Below, piece by piece: positions 26,257-37,892 of a stretch of 64,000 nt of DNA. Origin of the DNA: Nemertoderma westbladi (Eukaryota > Animalia > Xenacoelomorpha); contig JAUCBJ010007104.1 in assembly GCA_032718475.1 (NCBI GenBank), positions 1 through 64,000 of the forward strand, in the 5' to 3' direction. Below the pieces are notes generated by a model. The model had not been told where the DNA came from. It saw only the letters and a program-made list of their open reading frames with translations, and made no database searches. The first letter of the stretch is position 1; each line of letters starts with the position of its first letter. The translations under genes and the position numbers were made by a program.

Positions 26257-29200
26257 TTAGTTAGTAGGTTTAATATATTGTAAAGGTACAAATATATAGT
26301 TAGTAGGTGTAATATATTGTAAAGGTACAAAATATATAGTTAGTAGGTGTAATATATTGTAAAGGTACAAATATATAGTTAGTAGGTGTAATATATTGTA
26401 AAGGTACAAATATATAGTTAGTAGGTGTAATATATTGTAAAGGTACAAATATATAGTTAGTAGGTGTAATATATTGTAAAGGTACAAAATATATAGTTAG
26501 TAGGTGTAATATATTGTAAAGGTACAAATATATAGTTAGTAGGTTTAATATATTGTAAAGGTACAAATATATAGTTAGTAGGTGTAATATATTGTAAAGG
26601 TACAAAATATATAGTTAGTAGGTGTAATATATTGTAAAGGTACAAATATATAGTTAGTAGGTTTAATATATTGTAAAGGTACAAATATATAGTTAGTAGG
26701 TGTAATATATTGTAAAGGTACAAAATATATAGTTAGTAGGTGTAATATATTGTAAAGGTACAAATATATAGTTAGTAGGTTTAATATATTGTAAAGGTAC
26801 AAAATATATAGTTAGTAGGTGTAATATATTGTAAAGGTACAAATATAGAGTTATTAGGTGTAATATATTGTAAAGGTACAAATATATAGTTAGTAGGTGT
26901 AATATATTGTAAAGGTACAAATATATAGTTAGTAGGTGTAATATATTGTAAAGGTACAAATATATAGTTAGTAGGTGTAATATATTGTAAAGGTACAAAT
27001 ATATAGTTAGTAGGTTTAATATATTGTAAAGGTACAAATATATAGTTAGTAGGTTTAATATATTGTAAAGGTACAAATATATAGTTTGTAGGTTTAATAT
27101 ATTGTAAATGTACAAAATATATAGTTAGTAGGTGTAATATATTGGTTAGGTACAAAATATATAGTTAGTAGGTGTAATATATTGTAAAGGTACAAACAAA
27201 TATATAGTTTAGTAGGTGTAATATATTGTAAAGGTACAAATATATAGTTAGTAGGTTTAATATATTGTAAAGGTACAAATATATAGATAGTAGGTTTATT
27301 AATATATTGTAAATGTACAAAATATATAGTTAGTAGGTGTAATATATTGTAAAGGTACAAATATATTGTAAAGGTACAAATATATTGTAAAGGTACAAAA
27401 TATATAGTTAGTAGGTGTAATATATTGTAAAGGTACAAATATATTGTAAAGGTACAAATATATTGTAAAGGTACAAATATATAGTTAGTAGGTTTAATAT
27501 ATTGTAAAGGTACAAATATATAGATAGTAGGTTTATTAATATATTGTAAATGTACAAAATATATAGTTAGTAGGTGTAATATATTGTAAAGGTACAAATA
27601 TATTGTAAAGGTACAAATATATTGTAAAGGTACAAATATATTGTAAAGGTACAAATATATAGTTTGTAGGTTTAATATATTGTAAATGTACAAAATATAT
27701 AGTTAGTAGGTGTAATATATTGGTTAGGTACAAAATATATAGTTAGTAGGTGTAATATATTGTAAAGGTACAAATAAATATATAGTTTAGTAGGTGTAAT
27801 ATATTGTAAAGGTACAAATATATAGATAGTAGGTTTATTAATATATTGTAAATGTACAAAATATATAGTTAGTAGGTGTAATATATTGTAAAGGTACAAA
27901 TATATTGTAAAGGTACAAATATATTGTAAAGGTACAAAATATATAGTTAGTAGGTGTAATATATTGGTTAGGTACAAAATATATAGTTAGTAGGTGTAAT
28001 ATATTGTAAAGGTACAAATATATAGTTAGTAGGTGTAATATATTGTAAAGGTACAAATATATAGTTAGTAGGTTTAATATATTGTAAAGGTACAAATATA
28101 TAGTTAGTAGGTTTAATATATTGTAAAGGTACAAATATATAGTTTGTAGGTTTAATATATTGTAAATGTACAAAATATATAGTTAGTAGGTGTAATATAT
28201 TGGTTAGGTACAAAATATATAGTTAGTAAGTGTAATATATTGTAAAGGTACAAACAAATATATAGTTTAGTAGGTGTAATATATTGTAAAGGTACAAATA
28301 TATAGTTAGTAGGTTTAATATATTGTAAAGGTACAAATATATAGATAGTAGGTTTATTAATATATTGTAAATGTACAAAATATATAGTTAGTAGGTGTAA
28401 TATATTGTAAAGGTACAAATATATTGTAAAGGTACAAATATATTGTAAAGGTACAAAATATATAGTTAGTAGGTGTAATATATTGTAAAGGTACAAATAT
28501 ATTGTAAAGGTACAAATATATTGTAAAGGTACAAATATATAGTTAGTAGGTTTAATATATTGTAAAGGTACAAATATATAGATAGTAGGTTTATTAATAT
28601 ATTGTAAATGTACAAAATATATAGTTAGTAGGTGTAATATATTGAAAAGGTACAAATATATTGTAAAGGTACAAATATATTGTAAAGGTACAAATATATA
28701 GTTTGTAGGTTTAATATATTGTAAATGTACAAAATATATAGTTAGTAGGTGTAATATATTGGTTAGGTACAAAATATATAGTTAGTAGGTGTAATATATT
28801 GTAAAGGTACAAATAAATATATAGTTTAGTAGGTGTAATATAAATGAAAGGTATAAATATAATTTGTAATATAAAATAAAAGGTACAAATATATAGATAG
28901 TAGGTTTATTAATATATTGTAAATGTACAAAATATATAGTTAGTAGGTGTAATATATTGTAAAGGTACAAATATATTGTAAAGGTACAAAATATATAGTT
29001 AGTAGGTGTAATATATTGGTTAGGTACAAAATATATAGTTAGTAGGTGTAATATATTGTAAAGGTACAAACAAATATATAGTTTAGTAGGTGTAATATAT
29101 TGTAAAGGTACAAATATATAGTTAGTAGGTTTAATATATTGTAAAGGTACAAATATATAGATAGTAGGTTTATTAATATATTGTAAATGTACAAAATATA

Positions 29201-30639
29201 TAGTTAGTAGGTGTAATATATTGTAAAGGTACAAATATATTGTAAAGGTACAAATATATTGTAAAGGTACAAAATATATAGTTAGTAGGTGTAATATATT
29301 GTAAAGGTACAAATATATTGTAAAGGTACAAATATATTGTAAAGGTACAAATATATAGTTAGTAGGTTTAATATATTGTAAAGGTACAAATATATAGATA
29401 GTAGGTTTATTAATATATTGTAAATGTACAAAATATATAGTTAGTAGGTGTAATATATTGTAAAGGTACAAATATATTGTAAAGGTACAAATATATTGTA
29501 AAGGTACAAATATATAGTTTGTAGGTTTAATATATTGTAAATGTACAAAATATATAGTTAGTAGGTGTAATATATTGGTTAGGTACAAAATATATAGTTA
29601 GTAGGTGTAATATATTGTAAAGGTACAAATAAATATATAGTTTAGTAGGTGTAATATATTGTAAAGGTACAAATATATAGATAGTAGGTTTATTAATATA
29701 TTGTAAATGTACAAAATATATAGTTAGTAGGTGTAATATATTGTAAAGGTACAAATATATTGTAAAGGTACAAATATATTGTAAAGGTACAAATATATAG
29801 TTAGTAGGTTTAATATATTGTAAAGGTACAAATATATAGATAGTAGGTTTATTAATATATTGTAAATGTACAAAATATATAGTTAGTAGGTGTAATATAT
29901 TGTAAAGGTACAAATATATTGTAAAGGTACAAATATATTGTAAAGGTACAAATATATTGTAAAGGTACAAATATATTGTAAAGGTACAAATATATTGTAA
30001 AGGTACAAATATATTGTAAAGGTACAAATATATAGTTTGTAGGTTTAATATATTGTAAATGTACAAAATATATAGTTAGTAGGTGTAATATATTGGTTAG
30101 GTACAAAATATATAGTTAGTAGGTGTAATATATTGTAAAGGTACAAATAAATATATAGTTTAGTAGGTGTAATATATTGTAAAGGTACAAATATATAGAT
30201 AGTAGGTTTATTAATATATTGTAAATGTACAAAATATATAGTTAGTAGGTGTAATATATTGTAAAGGTACAAATATATTGTAAAGGTACAAATATATTGT
30301 AAAGGTACAAATATATTGTAAAGGTACAAAATATATAGTTAGTAGGTGTAATATATTGGTTAGGTACAAAATATATAGTTAGTAGGTGTAATATATTGTA
30401 AAGGTACAAATATATTGTAAAGGTACAAATATATTGTAAAGGTACAAAATATATAGTTAGTAGGTGTAATATATTGGTTAGGTACAAAATATATAGTTAG
30501 TAGGTGTAATATATTGTAAAGGTACAAATATACAGTTAGTAGGTTTAATATATTGTAAAGGTACAAATATATAGTTAGTAGGTTTAATATATTGTAAAGG
30601 TACAAATATATAGTTATTAGGTGTAATATATTGTAAAGG
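26257..30639. repeat. AT-rich minisatellite: 39/40-bp unit plus derived 19-bp subunit, with higher-order blocks (intronic in RBPMS)
   Basis: aaatatatagttagtaggtgtaatatattgtaaaggtac repeated, with runs of tacaaatatattgtaaagg; the variant tggttaggtac recurs periodically. Confidence 0.97.
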
Positions 30640-32527
30640 CAGCAGGCAGCGGTCTGGCCATCAACGCTGTCACATACGAATTCACAAAATCGTCTCCTTC
30701 CTGAAAAAAAAAAGCCAAAAAAGAGGAGCCCAAAAATGAAGTTTTATCAAGCTGTTAGTCCAGTAATTACACACAAAGTCTGACGATATATTTCCATTCC
30801 AGTGCGCAGTCCGCGCCAGAACTCCCTATTCATATTTTTTCATTTGAATGTAAGAAAGTGAATCAATTTTTCTAACATTAGCTGGAAAACTGTCTACTTT
30901 GATTTTCTAACATTTTCTCTTATCAATTACCAAAATTATATCTTTAATTAATCTCTAATAATTAAACCTATATAATGAAATCGTTCCACAAACACTTTTT
31001 TTTAGTTTCATCCTCAGTTCATCCCATCAAGAGTTTTTTAACTTTGAAAATATAGACTAAAACCACATAAGCCAACATACTAGTTGTAAAGTAGTTTACA
31101 GCGTTATTATTCCCATAACTCCATTTGCACTCACTCTCTATACCTTTTTGTGTACTAATATTAGATTTTATGTTGTAAATGTGGGATAGGCCTATAGGCT
31201 ACCGGTATATTTCCCCAAGCTTGTGTTACATTCATCCGTCGTCGACTTATATGATTATTTAATTTCTAATTAAACACTATGTTTGCAATTTGGGGTATGG
31301 AAATTTACTGAATGTAGCCTATGTATATCAATCATATTTACTACGGGTATGTATTATCTACGTTAATTTTAAATAATTTTGCCGTTCAAAATGCGAACTT
31401 TCGAAATCGTGACCGTTTCCGGAACCAGACATCGGAATTCCGAGAATGCTGTTTATATAGTCAACTATAGGTTGTAAAGTAACATGTATTAATAATATTT
31501 CAGGTAAATTTGCAATTTTCTTTGAAACAAAATTTATTAGCGGTTTATATAATCAATATACCAAGAGAACATTTTGTGATTGTAGTAATAATACCCGCGT
31601 TCCCAACTACAGTACTGTTAGCTACTGCTACTTGCGGGAGATTGATAATAGGCCGATTGCTGGGCATTATTAACATTGCGAATAATTCCCTTGTAACTAT
31701 TAGTATTCCCTTGGTAAGAGTACATATTTAGTAATAATAGACAGAAAATCAATAAATATTTCTTGCAACGAGAATTAAACCGAACTTACATTGCGTTATC
31801 TAGATGGCATTCCTCACCAATCAATTCCAGCAATTATGACATCAGTGTTTTGGTAAGTATGCCCATGGCACTAACACCTAACACATTTGTAGAGAACACC
31901 CCCAAACACTCCACTGAAAGCAACCAGCATGTTAGCACACAGAAACCTGGTTACACCTTTTGTTATTACAGCGAAAATTAAAATTAGTTAAAATAATTAA
32001 AATATTTATTAAAATAAAAAGGTTTTGTGAAGAGTATGCAATTTTCTGTTCCCACAAACAAAAATTGAAGATATTTCAACAACTATTTTTGATATGTTAA
32101 GTTAAGATTTATAAATGTTGTTAAACCATTTAGTCGACATAAATAAAAGTCATACAATATACTGTTGTTTATCAATTAATTGTAATTCAACCACGGAATA
32201 GATTTTGAAAGGAAAAAATATATAATTATTTCCTACTTTTAATATTATTAATGAATATTATTAAAAACTTAATAATTCACATTAAACTGCCGATTTACCC
32301 AAAAAATTATACTTGGTTAAATAAATTTTGTATCAGATCCGAAATTTCAGTTGAACCAAAATTACAGAATTTGGTTGCCTAAAATATTGTTGTGAGCCAC
32401 TATCGTAAGGTTTACACAAATCTGGAATGTATTAATTAATTATCATTTGTGTTATTTCAGCTATTATCACTTTCACTCTCCACTAATCACTTGCACTCCT
32501 CACCATATTCACCGCTTTCTCCCATAG

Positions 32528-32648
32528 TTTGGCTTTCACGGATATGATTCACCATCACAGCGCTATCCAGCACGCAGCAATGTATGCAGCACTGCAGCAA
32601 CAACAGCAGCCAAGCAATCTCACCTCCTCCCAGCACCACCAATCACAG
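32528..32648 (+). CDS. RBPMS: RBPMS alternative exon 5b (HLAFTDMIHHHSAIQHAAMYAALQQQQQPSNLTSSQHHQSQ)
   Basis: ttctcccatag acceptor; phase 2 in (joins exon 4 to give WAHHHLAF, like cpo WHHPLAY); CAG|gtagcc donor in phase 0. Read-through would stop at TAA 32700-32702. Confidence 0.7.
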
Positions 32649-33904
32649 GTAGCCAACATGCAAGCTATCACGGGTTTGCATGCCCGAACACAGCAACTAT
32701 AAACTAACTCTGAACTGTCAATCAACTTCGATGGACCTTATCATAGAATGCTTCATTGGTGTCTACTAATGTGCTTCTTACGCTAGTAGACGTTACGAAA
32801 ATGCTAAACTCTATTTAATTATATAATAATGTCTGTTCCTCCCAAACTTTATCAATTGTCTGTTTTTTTTTGGTTTTATTTACTTTTCAATTGGTGTTAA
32901 GTTGTTTATTAGTTCTGTGTAGTAACTTAGTTACTTAGTAATAGTTAGTGGTGTTCCGGAATAAAGTATTTTGTTGCATATTTATATATATAACATCATC
33001 ATGTAAATATAAACTAATGTATATAGGTAAACAGGATACAGTTCGGGTATAACATGTCTAATCGTGACACTAAATGAAAGAAATTGAGGAAAGATACTTC
33101 TGGTAACAGTATCAATATTATTTTCTTTGGGTGCAGTGATAATTTTACCCAGTTGTTCAGAAATTTATTCACAATATTTATTGAGAAAGGTTATTTTTGT
33201 GATGTCGTTGTTTTTTTGTGAATTTCCCCACTAAATTTTCTAGTGGTATACTATAATCTTTGGTGTTTCATAAAGTCAGGGAATGTAACCTATATTGGTT
33301 CTTGAATATAAAGCAACAACATCACCAAGGCCGGTCAAAATTAGAAATTAGTCCAACAGTGTAAGTTGTAAGGATGAGATTTAGAGCTGAGAAAACTGTT
33401 ATGACACCAAAACTTGAAAAATTGTTTAGATTTGAATGGCAAAAATCTACAAAAAATTCAATAAAATTGTAAAACCCAATAAATTTTTCGCTTTTCTAAT
33501 TACATTCTTTACCTAAGTAGTGCGATAATATCATATTTATAAATAAAAAAAAATTAATTGTTTAACTATTAAGGATGGATGTTCGTTTACAGGTAATCCG
33601 TAGTTTTGCGATCAGTTATATAACTCATGGCTACTGAAAGTATATTAAATCGTTATGATGTTGATGAATATAAATACATATATATATTAAATATACTATA
33701 CATAGATTTAGATGAATAAAACATATACTATATGCAAAAAATACGATTAGCTCTATCTATCATCATAGTTGCTGTTATCCATGCCTTATTGTTAATAATG
33801 CAATGACATGACTTTTCTTAGGCCAATATTAAACGTTAAGCATTATTAAACATTTATGTTTTATAATATATTTTGGTGCAAAATAATATTTCACATAGTA
33901 AATC

Positions 33905-34343
33905 CAGTACTATATATATATATTGTACATACTGTACTGTATATATATATTGTACATACTGTACTGTATATATATATATTGTACATACTGTACTGTATAT
34001 ATATATATTGTACATACTGTACTGTATATATATATATTGTACATACTGTACTGTATATATATATATTGTACATACTGTACTGTATATATATATATTGTAC
34101 ATACTGTACTGTATATATATATTGTACATACTGTACTGTATATATATATTGTACATACTGTACTGTATATATATATATTGTACATACTGTACTGTATATA
34201 TATATTGTACATACTGTACTGTATATATATATATTGTACATACTGTACTGTATATATATATATTGTACATACTGTACTGTATATATATATATTGTACATA
34301 CTGTACTGTATATATATATATTGTACATACTGTACTGTATATA
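33905..34343. repeat. 27-29-bp minisatellite (TA)n-ttgtacatactgtactg, ~15 copies
   Basis: Direct inspection; unit length varies only in the (TA)n part. Confidence 0.95.
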
Positions 34344-35516
34344 TAATCAATATATATTGGTGCCAAATATAGTAACTCACATAATATTCAAGCACTGTAG
34401 AAAATTTGCGCATCTTTTATTTCGAATACATATTTTTATCTCTGATAATAATTTATTTATGTAATAAAAAGAACGATAAAATTGTTCTTTTTCGAATATG
34501 TCATAATTTCAACAGATTTTGGTTACTATCACGTTCGAATAACACTTGAGAAACTTTTACACCAATAGTTCAAACTGTTATTTTTTCAAATATTTATTAC
34601 AATAACATAATTACATTTATATTACGGCAGGCCGTGCCATCAAATCATGTATGAAATTAATTAATACTGTAAAATAAAGAGTAAATTTAGGATAATTTAG
34701 GTTTGATAAAGTTTTACGTCCTGACAAAAATTAATCTGTTGATATCCGTGTGTTTATATCCATTCGTGCTTTGAAAACATATCATGTAAACATTATATCT
34801 TAATATTATCGTTACATTTATTTTATAGATCTTATGATTCTTTGTTAATTTACAGTGTGATATTTGATAATTACTAATATTCATCCATAATGTTATTCTG
34901 ACTGACTAGGCCTGCTTATTTAGTAGTACCACTCCAGTACCACATACATTAAATGTTATGGTCAATTTTTTTGTAATAATATCATATTTAATTTATAAAT
35001 AATGTTTCACGTGCTCGACATTATTGTGCGATATAACTTATTTATTACTAATATAAATAAATATTATTATTTAATAAATACGGGAAATAGTAATATATTA
35101 TATTTATATTAATAACTTCAAGTCGATACATATGTTTGTTTGTAAATTTGCTTCGGTGTATGGATGTTTTATATTCTGTTTGAGTCTGCCTGTCTGTTTG
35201 TCCTCTTACAACATTTTTAGAATATTATGCACCATGTACTCTTTATATATGCAACATAGTGTTTGCTAATGGAGCATAATAAATGAACTAACTTTGAAAT
35301 CATAAAATTTTACTAGATTATTTTTACTCTAAGAGTAATTTTTTTTTTCAAAAACTTTCAGTAAAAGTTTAAAATAAGTAGTAATATGTAAGTAAAATTC
35401 TCACTCAGCCAGAAAAAAATTAACAATGAAGTAATGTAGAAAGAAATAGTTCCATAAAGTGGCTCAATACTCCACCGGTATTTTACGTATATTATGCCAC
35501 AACCACAATGTAATTG

Positions 35517-35655
35517 TATATATAATGTAAATAGGACAATATGATAATGCTCTCCATAGCGAAAAATTTCAACCGGCCCTATTGGGGCTCGAACCCGGTA
35601 CCTAGGTTTCAAACTTCTGGTTGTCATCAGCCGGGTGAGTGTACTGAGCTACCAG
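35517..35655 (-). ncRNA. tRNA-like Pol III unit with embedded type I hammerhead fold (family 2, copy A)
   Basis: Minus strand reads ctggTAGCTCAGTacactc-acccgg-CTGATGA-caac cagaa gttt-GAAAC-ctag-GTA-ccgggt-tcgagccccaatagggccggttgaaaTTTTT. Hammerhead at 35593-35636. Confidence 0.75.
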
Positions 35656-35829
35656 CTCAAACCAGTTATTAATTAACATAATGGTCCAGGCATACGGGGT
35701 TACAGTGGTTTCTACAACACTATATAATCGTTATTCTTTGAGGCGTCGTTGCCATTTCTGGCAGAGCACGGGAATAACGAAGTTTGTACTTTCCTTTGAG
35801 TGATTAGTTAGCCTAAATATGATCTCCCA

Positions 35830-35990
35830 CTCCATAGCGAAATATTCATCCGGCCTGGTAGCTCAGTACACTCACCCGGCTGATGATAACCAGAAGTTTG
35901 AAACTTAGGTACCGGGTTCGAGCCCCAATAGGGCCGGTTTATATTTTCGCTATGGAGAGCATTATCATATTGTCCTATTTACAATATATA
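35830..35990 (+). ncRNA. tRNA-like Pol III unit with embedded type I hammerhead fold (family 2, copy B; inverted relative to copy A)
   Basis: A box tagctcagt at 35859; stem I acccgg 35874-79 / ccgggt 35912-17; CTGATGA 35880-86; GAAAC 35900-04; GTA 35909-11; B box ggttcgagccc 35915-25; TTTT 35944-47. Confidence 0.75.
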
Positions 35991-36453
35991 TTTAATTCAC
36001 CGCGTCACTCACCCCACAACAATTTACTTATTACAATGTAATTGTTGGATTGTGATATTTCTATTTTCCAGTTTCGGTGGTTTTAACCAACTTATTGCGA
36101 TCAAAACAAGCCGAGAAATCAGGTGATCTCATATATAGTTACAATGGTCACTGGTGAGTTAATGCAACATTTCTAAATGACCAAATAGAACATAGAAGTG
36201 TGATAACCCCCTCGCACTGGGCTACAAAAGTCCCTCGTGTGAGGGGGTCAGCAACAAGTTGCAGAAACAAGTTTCGGAAACAAGTTTCTCTGTGTGAGCG
36301 GGGTCTAAAGAGCATATGTTAACTAATTATTAAGAAAAACGTTTTCAAAACGTTATACGTTTTAACTAGTCATCTTTAGTAGTAGGAAGAGACGGGCGTA
36401 GGTTAGTGGAAAGTTACAAACTGGCTGCATCAATGTGACTTTGGGGAGTGCGC

Positions 36454-37031
36454 TTGGGAGTAACATACTACTTACTTTGGGAGTAACATGCTACTTACTT
36501 TGGGAGTAACATACTACTTACTTTGGGAGTAACATGCTACTTACTTTGGGAGTAACATACTACTTACTTTGGGAGTAACATACTACTTACTTTGGGAGTA
36601 ACATACTACTTACTTTGGGAGTAACATACTACTTACTTTGGGAGTAACATACTACTTACTTTGGGAGTAACATACTACTTACTTTGGGAGTAACATACTA
36701 CTTACTTTGGGAGTAACATACTACTTACTTTGGGAGTAACATACTACTTACTTTGGGAGTAACATACTACTTACTTTGAGAGTAACATACTACTTACTTT
36801 GAGTGTAACATACTACTTACTTTGGGAGTAACATACTACTTACTTTGGGAGTAACATACTACTTACTTTGGGAGTAACATACTACTTACTTTGGGAGTAA
36901 CATACTACTTACTTTGGGAGTAACATACTACTTACTTTGGGAGTAACATACTACTTACTTTGGGAGTAACATACTACTTACTTTGGGAGTAACATACTAC
37001 TTACTTTGGGAGTAACATACTACTTACTTTG
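36454..37031. repeat. 23-bp minisatellite ttgggagtaacatactacttact, ~25 copies, ending at a poly-C tract
   Basis: Near-perfect tandem copies. Confidence 0.97.
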
Positions 37032-37871
37032 CCCCCCCCCCCCCCCCCCCCCCCCCGAATGCGTCCCCTCAGAAACGATTTGATAATATTAAATCATCAA
37101 TTCAAAGGAACATTAATGGTATACAATACAGTATAATATACACACTAAAAAATAATACTCTATATTACTATATTCGCGATTTCTTGGCTGCTACTTTTGA
37201 GCAGTGATATACCAAAACGAAACGAAGAAATTAAAATATTTTTTATTTTTATTTTTGTGTATCCGCTATCCGGTATTTATCTGATTCAGACAGAGCGTTG
37301 CGTTGCTAGGATATTGTTCCATTGACCATTAACTATTTATTGTTAAATAAATAAATAAAAACTTAGTCTTTTTTTTAAGTTCTAACAAATTTGGATTATG
37401 TGGATTTTATTTACAAATATACTCATCATTTCAAGAAAAAAACGCAGAATTGGCATGTTTTCGGAAAAAAAGTGGTTTTAGCGCAAGCTGTGAGAGAATA
37501 ACGCATTACGTTAAAAAACGCAGCAGTGGGATGCCTGACCGCATGTTTGAAGGCCAATAACTCGGTCAATACTTGATGAAATTAACCAAACTTGGTTTAT
37601 TTAATAACCTGAAACAGAATTTGCATGGGAGGATTCAGCGGTTCTCCAGTATCCCGCTAGAGGGCGACAAGGCAACGGTTGAAATAGTGGAACCCAAATG
37701 ATAATCTTACTTACTAACTTTGTCCTGAGCGAAGGCAATCCATCAATTCTAAAACTGTAGAGCAAATTTACGTTGTGAAATAGTCAGAAATAATAAATTC
37801 TGATTCTAAATGATAATTTATTATTGTAACTGCATAACATCATAATTATATATTGCTTTCTTCTATTTCAG

Positions 37872-37892
37872 ATTAAATCTGGTAACATTTAA
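37872..37892 (+). CDS. RBPMS: Putative RBPMS terminal exon (IKSGNI*) followed by a long AT-rich 3' UTR
   Basis: Strong acceptor ttgctttcttctatttcag, phase-0 compatible with exons 5a/5b; AT-rich downstream region with AATAAA near 40408. Confidence 0.45.
   Translation: MKSGNI

Larger units (their letters stand above)
9314..37892 (+). other. RBPMS: Gene span: RBPMS/RBPMS2 (couch potato / MEC-8 family) single-RRM RNA-binding protein, alternatively spliced 3' end
   Basis: Spliced RRM EEE|[33 protein letters not shown]..|[40 protein letters not shown] is diagnostic. The 3' boundary is inferred. Confidence 0.85.

Noticed and set aside
26257-30605. Many Y/I/L-rich ORFs in the 39-bp array, and similar ORFs at 33854-34464
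   Set aside because: Translations of stop-poor tandem repeats; intronic, with no protein features.
31495-31510. AG|GT recursive-splice-like site (ttcag gtaaat; also ~12334)
   Set aside because: Weak pyrimidine tract and expected by chance; needs nascent RNA data.
35852-35935. Functional tRNA gene (including tRNA-Sec or intron-containing tRNA)
   Set aside because: No proper D or anticodon arm and imperfect acceptor and T stems; better explained as a tRNA-derived unit with a hammerhead.
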